A stretch of 64,000 bases of DNA from Octopus sinensis (GCF_006345805.1 NC_043014.1:45880001-45944000), one strand, 5' to 3'. Positions 24,446 through 37,412 are shown, counted from the stretch's first letter. Notes: generated from the sequence alone by a model not told the origin. Made by a program: numbers and translations.

Positions 24446-24763
24446 CAATGGCTCTCAACCGGGTCCCGTATGATCTCTGGGGGTCCACGCAAACAAAATA
24501 GTGAATTGGGGACCATATTAAGGATCCATGGGGAAAATTTTTGATTTAGATGTATCTATTACATGAAAAGCGCAAAAATTGTTTCTCCAACGTTTTACAT
24601 AATTCAAGCCTACACAAGTTAATGTCCGAAAAACAAAATGAGAATTTCGAAAGAAGTTTCTATAAAACTAGTTTTTAAACATCGAGAGGCTATGGGGGTT
24701 CACCGGAGTAAAATAATAAACGGAAGGATTCATAGATTTTAAAAAAATGGTTGAGAACCACTG
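24446..24763. mobile_element. hAT-type MITE
   Basis: TIRs CAATGGCTCTCAACC / GGTTGAGAACCACTG; TSD not recognisable. Confidence 0.7.
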
Positions 24764-24971
24764 ATCTAAGTATTATTCAGTGTAATGATAATCATCGTTT
24801 TCAAGACGGAAGAACACGCTTTAAGAGATAATACGGCTGTTATTTCTAAACTTAAAACGATCACTTAGAGGCTACAACTACGTTGTCTGGTATGTTTCTT
24901 GTAGGCCCAAGAAGCAGTGGTTTCTAACGTTTCCAGCCGACACTTTGTCGACATTTTTGTTTAACTGTCTT

Positions 24972-25167
24972 ACTCTTTTACATGTTTCAGTCATTTTGAC
25001 TGCGGCCATGCTGGAGCACCGCCTTTAGTCGAGCAAATCGACCCCAGGCTTTGTAAGCCTTGTACTTATTCTATCGGACTTTTTTGCCGAACCGCTAAGT
25101 TACGGGAGCGTAAACACACCAGCATCGGTTGTCAAGCGATGTTAGGGGTACAAACACAGACACACAA

Positions 25168-25218
<51 letters not shown>

Positions 25219-25390
25219 TACATATATACGACGAGCTTCTTTCAGTTTCCGTCTACCAAATCCACTCACAAGGCTTTGGTCGGCCCGAGGCTATAGTAGA
25301 AGACACTTGCCCAAGGTGCCACGCAGTGGGACTGAACCCGGAATCACGTGGTTGGTAAGCAAGCTACTTACCACACAGACACTCCTACGC
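24972..25390 (-). mobile_element. SINE family A, full length
   Basis: Complete homology to family A. Confidence 0.92.
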
Positions 25391-25446
25391 CTGTTTATTT
25401 GTTGTTGTTTTTCTGTCAGTGAAAAAGCCTTGGGTTGCACCTTAAC

Positions 25447-25630
25447 CCTTTTAATATCAACCTGCATAAGACCGTCTCGGGTTAAAAACCGTCCATTAAA
25501 ATTTCACTTTAGTTTACGTTCCAGATACCAGCTCAATAACGACAAAAATGTATATTTTACTAAATCCTTAATTGTTTTCAAAAATTAATAAAAATAAATC
25601 GAATGTATTTCAACAGAAATATGGTAGCAG
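25447..25630. mobile_element. piggyBac-like MITE, right end decayed
   Basis: TTAA|CCCTTTT left end; no intact right TIR. Confidence 0.4.
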
Positions 25631-25740
25631 TAGTCGTCTATAGCACTCAAAAGCAGTGTTTCTTAAAGAAGGTTCCTTGAAGTATTTTTTAGTCGAATAT
25701 ACTTTAAGAACTAGTTTAAAAAAATTTTTTTTTAAAGCTT

Positions 25741-26055
25741 TTGCCGATTTGCTATGTTAGAGAGACATCAACAAACCAACACTGTTTGTCAGGGGGACAA
25801 ACACAGAAACATACACAAGAGCATATACACATATATACATAAGTTTTTGCCGATTTGCTATATTAAGAGAGACATCAACAAACCAACACTGTTTGTCAGG
25901 GGGACAAACACAGAAACATACACAAGAGCATATACACATATATACATAAGTTTTTGCCGATTTGCTATATTAAGAGAGACATCAACAAACCAACACTGTT
26001 TGTCAGGGGGACAAACACAGACACATGCATATACACAAGAGCATATACACATATA
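25741..26055 (+). repeat. Three ~106-bp tandem units derived from a SINE A-like middle segment
   Basis: TTGCCGATTTGCTAT.TTA.GAGAGACATCAACAAACCAACACTGTTTGTCAGGGGGACAAACACAG occurs three times. Confidence 0.88.
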
Positions 26056-26284
26056 TAAATATGTGTGTGTGTGTGTGTGTGTGCGAACTTGTCAGACGGA
26101 TATCGATTGGAAGCAAGGCGTGTGTGTTACACACACGACAGGTTCAGAAGGCTTTGGTAAGTCCAGAGGAACCGAATATGAAACCACGTGGTTGCGAAAC
26201 GAACTTTCTCACTTAATGGCAATCTTTTTCTTCCTTTCCTTTTAGTGTCTCATTTATAATAACAGTAACACGGGTTCTTTTATT

Positions 26285-26825
26285 CTATTATTTGTTTGTC
26301 ATTTGACAGCGGCCATGCTGGAGCACCACCTTAAAGGGTTTTAGTCGAACAAATCGATCCTAGGACTTATTTCTAAGCCTAGTACTTTTGTCGAATCGCT
26401 AAGTTACGTAAACACACCAACATCAGTTGTCAAGCGATGGTGGGTCAAACAGACACACGCACACATATATATATATAGAGAGAGAGAGAAAGAGAGGGCA
26501 TTACTATATATAAATGCCACACGCATATATATTTAAGAGAAAATTATTAATATATTAATAAATATATTTAAGAGAAAATTGATAGATTTTTTCTCCTATG
26601 AGGTTTTTCATGCTAACTACTTCGTAAATTCTTATAAAGATTTTATCCTATTTTTAAATTATATATATATATGACAGGCTTCTTTAAGTTTCCGTCTACC
26701 AAATCCACTCACAAGACTTTAGTCGGCCTGAGGGTTATAATAGAAGATACTTGCCCTAGGTGCCACGCAGTGAGACTGAACCTGGAACAATGTGGTTGAG
26801 AAACAAGCTTCTTACCACACAGCCA
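26285..26825 (-). mobile_element. SINE family A split by an expanded AT-rich middle
   Basis: Tail at 26285-26460 and head at 26670-26825. Confidence 0.75.
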
Positions 26826-27404
26826 GGCCTTGGTAAAATATTGTTATGGGTTTAAAGTTTTTTAAAAAATAATTTAGTGAAACGATGTTTTTCAGTTTGG
26901 CGACACCTCGACTGGAAACCGACAGAGCAAGTCTCTTTTGTTAATAATAATAATAATAAACTGTATCAATAACATCAAGTTGACATAAATTCAGTGAAAT
27001 AACAGGAGTGGTCGTTTGAGCAATCATTGTTACGTCAACCTTCAAAGTTCAAATCGTTATTGGAGCAGAATTTCGGAATCGCTGTTGCGACATAAGCTGG
27101 AATTTTCTCCGTTTTGAACGGGATTCTGGCCCCCGACCATGGTTATAAAATATATGATATAAAAACAAATTTGGAAAAATTCCGGCCAAAACGGAGAAAT
27201 TTCAATAACTATTCCGAAAGTTCGCCAATTATTGTATTGGTATCAAATGTTATTTTCATTCTTTTGGCGATCGATAAAATATAGGTGATTGTTGCTGTTT
27301 AGCCCCAAGACAGCCCTGATCAAGATCCAGCAGACTTTTGATAATCAAAAACCTTCTCTAAGTGATAATTCCATTTTTTACCCAACATATTTCTTTATTC
27401 AGTA

Positions 27405-27533
27405 CGAGCGGAGTTCAGATCGAAGCACACCATTTCACCGGCCGTAACCCTTTTTTTTAGTTTTTTGAAAATACCAAAACATTAAAAAGTTACAACCGGT
27501 GAAATGGTGTGCTTCGATTAGAACTCCATCTCA
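27405..27533. mobile_element. Mariner-type mini-MITE
   Basis: TA|CGAGCGGAGTTCAGATCGAAGCACACCATTTCACCGG / CCGGTGAAATGGTGTGCTTCGATTAGAACTCCATCTC. Confidence 0.65.
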
Positions 27534-27550
27534 ATATGTTTGCCTCGTTA

Positions 27551-27780
27551 AGGCGGCGAGCTGGCAGAATCGTTAACACGCCGGACGAAATGCTTAGCGT
27601 TATTTCGTCTAGCGTTACGTTCTGAGTTCAAACTCCGCCGAGGTCGACTTTGCCTTTCTTCATCCTTTCGGGGTCGATTAAATAAGTACCAGTTACGCAC
27701 TGGGGTCGATGTAATTGACAATCCCTTTATCTGTCTTTGTTTGTTCCCTCTATGTTTAGCCCCCCTGTGGGCAATAAAGA
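27551..27780 (+). mobile_element. SINE family B monomer
   Basis: Head and body; the only clear plus-strand copy of family B. Confidence 0.88.
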
Positions 27781-28290
27781 GATTAATATGTTTGCCTCGT
27801 TTAATTTTAAAAGTTTGTAGTGTGTGTTTTGAGGGAGATTTTTCTGCTATTTCTAACAAGTCGAGCAAACCACCTGGCTGGGTCTTTCGTAGACTCTTTC
27901 TTAGGCGTGAATAAACGTTAATTGTTGTTTAACTTTAAATCAACTCTGATAAAACAGCTTCAGTGAAAAAAAAAAAATGTTCTCATGGTGACCATCCCGT
28001 CTTTTTTTAATCTATTTCTTTTTCAGACGGTGAATGTGTACTGGAATAATATATCTAAGTACACATGTAAAGCTATGAACAATAGCAGGTATATATTAAC
28101 AGCCTTCAACTTTTTCTATTCAAAATGGATTTTCAAAATGGTATTTACGCATTGTTGTTTAAGAGTTTTGTGTGTATACTTCAAGATACACTATTTCAAA
28201 ACAATTATTTGCAAGTTCTCTCCCACGTTCATAAAGGCCTCAATACATCGTCAATACATACATGTGCCGCGCGCGTGTACACACACACAC

Positions 28291-28327
<37 letters not shown>

Positions 28328-28442
28328 GGATGTCGACACATTTATATATATGTATGTATGTAATATAATTTTCAGAACCTTCAGATTTTATATACTAGAC
28401 CACTGGTTTTAAATTAATATTCAATTTTTCACCCTCACTGAA

Positions 28443-28473
<31 letters not shown>

Positions 28474-28480
28474 CGTGTGT

Positions 28481-28547
<67 letters not shown>

Positions 28548-28879
28548 AAACACACACATACACGCATATATATAACACTACATTATTTTATGTACCCTCA
28601 CAGCTTTGGTTCTTTTTAAAATGGGTAGTGTACGGTTTTCAGATATAGGCTACCAGTTTTAGCAGATCGACCGAAAAGAAGCTCTTATCTTTGGCTCATC
28701 GTAATAAACACCAGTTATGTACTCGGGTCGATTTCATCGATTTCAAAACTTTTTTCGAAATGTGTGTGCATTTCTTTCCATTACAAAACATTTACGTAAA
28801 CGAAAGTAAAGCATGCCAGGTCAGTTGTGGACAACAGACGTCTTAGTAAATATTACCTGACAAAATATATATACATACT

Positions 28880-29078
28880 CGCTTTGTTTCAGTCATTTGG
28901 CTGTGGCCATGCTAGAGCACTGCCTTTAATCGAGCAAATCGACCCCAGGACTTTCTTTGGGAGCCTAGTACTTATTCTATCGATTCTTTTTTGCCGAACC
29001 GCTAAGTTACGGGAACGCAAACACACCAGCATCGGTTGTCAAGCGATGTTGGGGCGACAAACACAGACACACAAACAT

Positions 29079-29118
<40 letters not shown>

Positions 29119-29242
29119 TATACGACAGACTTCTTTCAGTTTCTTTCTACCAAATCCACTCACAAGGCTTTGGTCGGCCCGAGGCTATAGTAGAAGACAC
29201 TTGCCCAAGGTGCCACGCAGTGGGACTGAACCCGGAACCATG
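28880..29242 (-). mobile_element. SINE family A
   Basis: Homology to family A; head clipped. Confidence 0.88.
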
Positions 29243-29354
29243 ATATATTGTCGAAGTTTTTGTAGAAAGTCAGAATAGAAAGAGCGGTCAATAGAGCTGA
29301 ATTTACACTAAATAATAATAATTACACACAGGCACATAAAAGTGTGTGCGCGTG

Positions 29355-29396
<42 letters not shown>

Positions 29397-29629
29397 TATA
29401 TATATATTATTATATATGTATGAAAAGAGAGACGGCAGGTCAAGCCAGTTACACGATTAAATGTCGTTTGTCAGCCTCGTTGTCAATCTCACAAGCCCTA
29501 ATTAGTGAGTGTATAAACAAATACACATTATAAAATAACAAGCGATTTGGGTATCAAAGGGAGACGCACATTACATACGACGGACATAACCTGCATAACA
29601 CACAAATTACATTCATATTTTGCTTCGGT

Positions 29630-30062
29630 GATCGGAATGTGTCCATGCTGGGGCACCACCTTCAACGATTTGAGTCGAACAAATTGATCCAGTACTTTTC
29701 GAAATTGTTTTTTTTTTTTTTGTCTAATTAAAACAATAATAATAATAATAATATAATAATTGTGTACAGTGCTCAGGTGCACTACAACTCATCTAAAGTG
29801 TATATATAATCAGGTGTAGTTTCGGCGGATTCCCTTTTACCAAATCGCTAGACTACGAGGACGTAAACAAACCAACACCGCTTGCCAAGTGGTGGTGAGA
29901 CACACAATGTACACACACACACACACACATACAAACAGGATTTTTTTTTTTTTTCAGTTTCCGTTTACCATATCCACTGACAAGGGGCCTTGGTCGGATC
30001 GAACCGGGAACCATGTGGTTGGGGGAAGCAGACTTTCTTACCACACAGCCACACCTGCGCCT
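29630..30062 (-). mobile_element. SINE family A, degenerate
   Basis: Homology to family A. Confidence 0.7.
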
Positions 30063-30559
30063 ATATAAAGACGCGTAGGCCACATTACATTTCAAACCTG
30101 AGGTCAAAGAAGCTATTCTAGACTTGGAGGAAATTTTAAAGAGTCCAAGGAAGGCTTTGGAAATTCCTGTAGGGAAAGTGCGGCAAGACTTCCTCCCACC
30201 CCACAAAAATCACCCTTAAAAAAAAAAAAATTTTTTTTCTATTTTCTTTCCGAAAGTGCTTTTAGACTGTCTTGATTAAATTTACCGAAAAAAAATCTTC
30301 AGCTTTAATTCTTTGCACTGTTTTCAGTTGAATATATTTTCATCAATGTTGATTTTCAAGGATGCTAAAGTTAAATGAATAATCTAGTGTTGTTAATTTT
30401 ATGTTTTGATTAAAGGAACACGCTTTTGTTGTCTTATGTGTGTGTGTGTGTGGGTGGAGGAAATAAGGAATGGTAGGTTTGGTAAAGAAGGAAAACAAAA
30501 GAAACACTGCACTAAAATGACAAACGACAGCTTGCAGAATGCCGGAAATTATACATAGA

Positions 30560-31085
30560 TATACATGCGTGTGTGCGCACAATATATATACACACACACA
30601 CAAACATGTAAACAATATATACACATATACGTGCGTATGTATACGATTATAAGTATATGTTTGCGTGCAACTCCAACATATACACACACAAGCATGTATA
30701 CAATATATATACGTGCGTGTGTATATGATTATATGTATATGTTTGCGTGCATGTCCAACACACACACACACATATATATATACACACACACACAAGCATG
30801 TATACAATATATATATATACGTGCGTGTGTATATGATTATAAGTATATGTTTGCGTCATGGCAACATATACACACCAACATATATAACATAACCACAAGC
30901 ATGTATACAATATATATACGTGCGTGTGTATTGATTATAAGTATATGTTTGCGTGCATGTCCAACAACACACACATATATATATAATATATATATATACA
31001 CACACAAAACATGTATACAATATATATACGGCGTGTGTATATGATTATATGTACATGTTTGCGTGCATGTCCAACACACACACAC

Positions 31086-31090
<5 letters not shown>
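30560..31090 (+). repeat. ~95-bp minisatellite, about 5-6 units
   Basis: ACAAGCATGTATACAATATATATACGTGCGTGTGTATATGATTAT..GTATATGTTTGCGTGCATGTCCAAC is repeated. Confidence 0.88.
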
Positions 31091-31136
<46 letters not shown>

Positions 31137-31698
31137 TGTGTGTGTGTGTGTATAGATAGTGCACAAAATCAGTGTATATTTGTATGTATATACTGTGGAA
31201 GGTTAGGTTTAAGATATACAAAAGACAATCTCTCTCTCTCACAACACACACACGCGCGCGCGCATGTGTGTGTGTGAGTGTAATTTTAATGTACAAATTA
31301 GTAAAATCGATAATTCAAAAGTTCATCGAACGGTGGTGACCCAAACACGCGGTTTTCATGAGCTCATTTATCTATCTATCTATTTATCTATGAGAAATAT
31401 GTTTAGACATGTAACTAATAATTACAAAAGGAAGTTAAGACCGTTCCTTACATATCTGGAGTGTCTCGTTTTTGTTTTTTTTAATTATTATACGTTCAGT
31501 TCACCTGTGTTCGGTGTGAGAGAGATACTTTAAAAAGGAACGTTTTATAAATATAAAACAGCAAAGATTAACTTTAATAAAGGATTTAAAACGGATATGG
31601 AGGCTTAATAAGCTTATGCACCCGGTGTAACTTCTGTGTCACTGTTCAAATTCTTAAATATGAATATACAACAAAATTGACACTGCCGACTTCCTATG

Positions 31699-31749
<51 letters not shown>

Positions 31750-32694
31750 GGAAGTCGGCAGTGTCAATTATATATATATATTCTATTAAACGTTTTGTAC
31801 ACTCACACAGATATTTGAACGAAGATATATACACACATACACAGATGTTTCTCTGTGTATGTATGTGTGTACATGACAGTTTAATCAAAAACGAGTATAT
31901 ATACACACACATACATATACATATATATATATATATATATATGGGTACTACTTAAGAAGTACCTATATATGTATATATACATTCGTTTTACGGGGCTAAT
32001 GTCTGATTAATAAGAGCAAAATCATTTTAAGCGGTCTCTCTCTTTCTCTAATATGTGTGTGTCTGTGTGTGTGTGTGTGTGTAAGAAACACGAAATACTG
32101 GATTGTTTATAAATGTATATCGAGATATATTTTATCTCATTAATATTTCATAGACCTAAATATGCCCGATGTTTATTAGTCGGAAATGATCAAATACAAA
32201 TTATTGATAATTTCGAATGCGGATATTGACATCGAGTTTAGTTTTGTTTATGGAAGTCAGGTTAAAACAAACAAACAAAAAAAAAAAAACCCGTCACCAA
32301 GCAGAGGCGGAGAGAGATGAGGTTGATGGTTGTAAACGGGAAAATATAAGACACAAACAAAAGTTACAGATATATAAAAACAAGAAAAAAAGTCTTACCT
32401 TGTAAAAATATAAGGTAAATAAAAGTCCAGTAATGTTTATGCATATGATGGAGAGATGAACAGCGGTAAGGTCCGGTGTGTTGGGAAACACAGGTGAGTA
32501 ATTGCGAGAGACACATTGTTAATTGCGTATGGCGATGGTTGTAGTTTGTCGTTCGATGTAATTTGAATAATATAATATAAATATATATATGTATATATAT
32601 ATTTATTTATATTTTAAAAGGTTGGTTCGTGACGAATAAATAAAAAATAAAATGTTTATCCAAAATAATCCGGGAAGCAAGGTATGTTTTGTTA

Positions 32695-32735
<41 letters not shown>

Positions 32736-32907
32736 GTTAATTAGTTATTCCAAATTTATAAAATAAAACCAGAGACCGAAGGCAGCTGTGGTAGTAAAAA
32801 GTGTTGTTGTTTGTGGTCGTGGTATTGGTTGTTTTTCAGTTGTGAGGGAATGGAGACGGTTGGACATTTCGAAATCCCATTGAAAGATTTTAAAAAGCTT
32901 TACTTAC

Positions 32908-32937
32908 TCCGTGTAAAAAGAGACACTTAACATCCAT
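32908..32937 (-). CDS. Candidate first coding exon, MDVKCLFLHG
   Basis: ATG at 32937-32935 with G at +4, ten codons, then a perfect GTAAGT donor. Upstream 32940-34000 is TE-free and reads like 5'UTR or promoter sequence. Confidence 0.3.
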
Positions 32938-34043
32938 CCAGTAGCTTGGTGGTTAGAGAGAACTTTGGTCAGTTTTATCTCTCTCTTTCACACATACAAC
33001 ACACACACCATACGCGCATTCACACAACCGAGGTATCCACAATAATATACTACTTAGGTCTTTCTGTATAATATACTTTCTCTTTCTTTAGCTCCTACGG
33101 AAAGAAAAGGTGGGGTAAGGTGTTCGTACTCCACCCTCGAAGGTTAGGGTATACTTTCTTTTCCTTCTCTTTTTTAAATTTTTCTTCTCCGGCTTTGTTG
33201 CAGTAATTGTGCGTACGTGGGGGGTGGTGTAGTACTTCCTATCGTCTTCGAGTCCCAAGTCGCGGAGAAGAAGACGAACACAAACAAACGAACAAACACT
33301 AAATAACTAAGACCACTAACTACAATCACACCAACAACAAACAACCACAGGGGTAGTAATAGGAATAATAATAATAATAATCGCAGTGGTGACACCGACA
33401 AGAGCAAGAAGACGACGAATCCACTTGCACCGTCGCCCACATCCTCCAAGCGACTTAATTAAGCCAGTGGTTTTAGTCGAGAAAGAAGAAAGACAACACT
33501 GTCAGCCAGTGACTAACTAAGCAACTCTTTCTCTTTCACCCTCCCTCTTTACCTTTTACTATATCTTTCACACACGCTCAATATTTATCACCACATTCCA
33601 CCCTCCCTCCCTCTCTCCTTCAATACTTCTATATCTTTCTGTCACGTTTACCTTTTTCTATTACTCTTTCTATTACTCCTCCTTCCATATCTTCCCCCTC
33701 ACTATATCTCTTGCTATCTCTCTTCCCTACACTCAATATTTACCTCCCGCCTTGTCTCTCTTTCATTATATCTATTAGAATTTCTTTCAGTCGTAACGCT
33801 CACTTTATCGTTATTACTCTTTCTTTCTCTTTTTTCCTTTACAATATTTCTCCGAATCGTTTAACTTTTTATTACATTCTTTCTTTCCAATCATTACAAA
33901 CAAAACAAAACAAACAAATTCTCTCTCTCTCTCCACCGTTCGCTCTGTCGCTCGCTAAGTTTCTTTCTCGATAAAGTTCATTCCGCTACTCACACTCGTT
34001 CTCATAAACTTATTCTCTCGACTTCTCTTTACTATTACTTACT

Positions 34044-34265
34044 TCTTTACTACCCACAAGGGGCTAAACACAGAGAGGACAAACAAGGACAGACATAGGT
34101 ATTAAGTCGATTACATCGACCCCAGTGCGTAACTGGTACTTAATTTATCGACCCCGAAAGGATGAAAGGCAAAGTCGACCTCGGCGGAATTTGAACTCAG
34201 AACGTAACGCAGACGAAATACCGCTAAGCATTTCGCCCGGCATGCTAACGGTTCTGCCAGCTCGC
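34044..34265 (-). mobile_element. SINE family B monomer
   Basis: Homology to family B. Confidence 0.88.
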
Positions 34266-34634
34266 TCTTTACTATTACTGCTACCCACACTCTTTCTCTC
34301 ATTTTACATGGATTTCCTTCTTATTTTATTTCTTCTTTTTTTTTTTTTTACTTCTTTCTCTCATTCGACTTCGACCATGTCGGGGCACCGCCTTGAAGGG
34401 TTGTTAGTCGAAACAAAACAACTCCTTCACCTCGCCCGCCCGCGCGTACTTATTTTAAAGCCGGGTGGTACTTATTTTATTTTGTCCCCTATGTCGAGCC
34501 GGTAGATTACGAGGACGTAAACAAACCTACACTGGTTGTCTAGCGTTGATGGGGGGTGGATAAAAACAAAGGCACACACATATGCATATATACATAAATA
34601 CACACACATACACACGCACATATATATATATTTT

Positions 34635-35135
34635 TACTTCTTTCAGTTATTAGTCTGTGGCCATACTGGGGCACCGCCTTGAAGAATTTTTAGTCGAATG
34701 AATCGACCCCAGTATTTTTTTTTTATCAGTTCTCTTTTGGCGAACCGCTAAGATACGGCTACGTAAACACACCAACACTGGTTGTCAAGCGATGGCGGAA
34801 GACAAACGTACACACACACACACACACACACACACTCAAACACACACACACACACACACTCAAACACACACACACACACACACACACTCAAACACACACT
34901 CAAGCACACACACACAAACACTCAAACACACACACAAACACTCAAACACACACACATGTGTAGATATATAAGATGGGCTTCTTTCAGTTTCCAATTACCA
35001 AACCCACTCTTAAAGCTTTGGTCGACCCCGGAGCTATAAAAAGAAGACACTCGCCCAAAAGTGCCACGCAGTGGGACTGAACTCGTAACCATGTGGTTGA
35101 GAACCAAACTTTTTAATCACACAGCCACGCCTGCA
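34635..35135 (-). mobile_element. SINE family A, degenerate (a second tail fragment lies at 34375-34600)
   Basis: Homology to family A; expanded CA/CTCAAA middle. Confidence 0.75.
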
Positions 35136-35856
35136 TTCTTAATTTTTTTCTCTTACGTATAATCGTTTTCTCTGTCTGTCTGTCTGTCTCTCTCACTCTC
35201 CCCCACTCACTCTCTCTTTCCCTCTTCCTTCTTAAAACTACAACTACTATTAATACTTTTTCAATTTTTTCTCTCATTTTACCACACACACACATACACA
35301 CGTCCACCCCCTCTTTCTCCTCTCTTCTCTTTCCATATGCAACGCTCGCTCCTCCTCTCTTGTTTTAAATCCATCTTCTATCATCTCCCCCTTCCACCCC
35401 GATTCCCAGTCTTACAGTTTCTCTCTTTCAAACTAACGCTTTTGTCTTTCTTTTCAAAAGTTACTTCCTCCACTCTGCCGATCTTTTAAAAGCTGTCTTT
35501 CTTTTCATCTCTCCAATAAAATAACACACACACACACATACATACAAATACGATCTTTCTTATTTAATTTATTAGTCTCTCTCTCTTCCATTAAAAACAA
35601 AATTTATTAAACAACAACCTCTTCCTTCTGTTTAAAGATAAACTATAGTCTTTCTTTTTTTCTTTCTCCTCTTAAAAAGTTTTCCTTCTCTATCTCAAAC
35701 TTATCTCTACCTTATCTCTCTCACATTTTAAGCTCTCACCCACATCTCTTTCCACATTCTATCTTTCAAATTCGTTCTCGCTCTTCTGCTTTCATTTAAA
35801 ATAGTATGTCTCAACTATTTCTCTTTGTCTACGGATCCCTTTGCTAACTATTTATT

Positions 35857-36262
35857 CCTTTACTGCCCACAAGGGGCTAAACACAGAGAGGACAAACAAG
35901 GACAGACAAACGGATTAAGTCGATTATATCGACCCCAGTGCGTAACTGGTACTTATTTAATCGACCCCGAAAGGATGAAAGGCAAAGTCGACCTCGGTGG
36001 AATTTGAACTCAGAACGTAAGAAATGCTTATTTCTTTACTACCCACAAAGGGCTTAAACACAGAGGGGACAAACAAGGACTGACAAACGGATTAAGTCGA
36101 TTATATCGACCCCAGAGCGTAACTGGTACTTATTTAATCGACCCCGAAAAGATGAAAGTCAAGGTCGACCTCGGCGGAATTTGGACTCAGAACGTAGCGG
36201 CAGACGAAATACCGCTAAACATTTCGCCCAGCGTGCTAACGATTCTGCCAGCTCGCCGCCTT
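35857..36262 (-). mobile_element. SINE family B dimer (one head)
   Basis: Junction GAACGTAAGAAATGCT|TATTTCTTTACT at about 36015-36030. Confidence 0.88.
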
Positions 36263-36359
36263 GCCTTTGCTAACAATTTTACTCATGTGGAACCTCATGC
36301 CGATTCGATGTTTAAAAAGCTCCTATTATATTTCCTATAATTTCTATAATTTCAATTGT

Positions 36360-36738
36360 AGCAGGAGTGGCTGTGTGGTAAGTAGCTTGGTAACCAACCA
36401 CATGGTTCCGGGTTCAGTCCTACTGCGTGGCATCTTGGGCAAGTGTCTTCTGCTATAGCCCCGGGTTGACCAATGCCTTGTGAGTGGATTTGGTAGACGG
36501 AAACTGAAAGAAGCCTGTATACGTATGTGTGTGTTTGTGTGTCTGTGTTTGTCCTCTTAGCATTGCTTGACAACCGATGCTGGTGTGTTTACGTCCCCGT
36601 AACTTAGCGGTTCGGCAAAAGAGAAACCGATAGAATAAGTACTGGGCTTACAAAGAATAAGTCTCGGGGTCGATTTGCTCGATTAAAGGCGGTGCTCCAG
36701 CATGGCCGCAGTCAAATGACTGAAACAAGTAAAAGAGT
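36360..36738 (+). mobile_element. SINE family A, full length
   Basis: Complete head and tail. Confidence 0.9.
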
Positions 36739-36774
36739 AATTGTACAAAAATAATTATTAAAATATTTTCTTTC

Positions 36775-36965
36775 ACTCGTTTCAGTCATTTGACTGTGGC
36801 CATGCTGGAGCACCGCCTTTAGTCGAGCAAATCGACTCCGGCACTTATTCTTTGTAAGCCTAGTACTTATTCTATCGGTCTATCTTTTGCCGAACTGCTA
36901 AGTTACGGGAAGGTAAACGCACCAGCATCGGTTGTCAAACGATGTTGGGGGGACAAACACAGACA
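36775..36965 (-). mobile_element. SINE family A tail half, inverted relative to the preceding copy
   Basis: Tail-to-tail with 36360-36738, about 35 nt apart. Confidence 0.88.
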
Positions 36966-36988
36966 CAACACACACACACACACACACA

Positions 36989-37019
<31 letters not shown>

Positions 37020-37246
37020 TACACACACACGCACACACACACACACACAAACAAACACATAAATCAGCCGAAATTGCGAGGATTATCCGGTTCTTGACTG
37101 AGGATGAAAGGCTTCGAATGACCCGTCCTTGATTTTTGTATCGTCTATCTGGATGTTTTGTTGTCCCTTTTTGTATCACCTAGTTGTCCGGACGTTTTGC
37201 GTTCTTGTCCCATTTTGTATTTTATATATATATGTATATGTATATA

Positions 37247-37348
37247 CTGTTGTGTCTGGGGAGAGTCATTCTCTTTTAGTGCCTTATTATCGGTGAGTTG
37301 TTGAATAATAAGGCACTAAAAGAGAATGACTCTCCCCAGACACAACAG
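37247..37348. repeat. Perfect 44-bp inverted repeat with a 14-nt loop
   Basis: CTGTTGTGTCTGGGGAGAGTCATTCTCTTTTAGTGCCTTATTAT and its exact reverse complement. Confidence 0.95.
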
Positions 37349-37412
37349 AATATGCTTCAACACACGGACTCATATAAAGAATCTTGCAAACCAAATCCAA
37401 AATCGAAATATA

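Noticed and set aside
25139-25588. Recurring peptide RRASFSFRLPNPLTRLWSARGYSRRHLPKVPRSGTEPGTMWLVSKLL in many ORFs
   Set aside because: It is the antisense translation of the SINE A head, not a gene family.
30079-30168. Protein-like stretch PHYISNLRSKEAILDLEEILKSPRKALEIP
   Set aside because: There is no polypyrimidine tract, the donor is weak, it abuts a SINE head, and its downstream part is shared with a repeat at 4820-4880.
32488-32500. Consensus plus-strand donor CAG|GTGAGT
   Set aside because: No upstream coding frame or acceptor was found; one such match is expected by chance in 64 kb.
33174-33449. Hydrophobic 91-aa ORF (MEDVGDG..)
   Set aside because: It starts at TTG, and its hydrophobicity comes from (TTA)/(GTT) repeats; more likely UTR.
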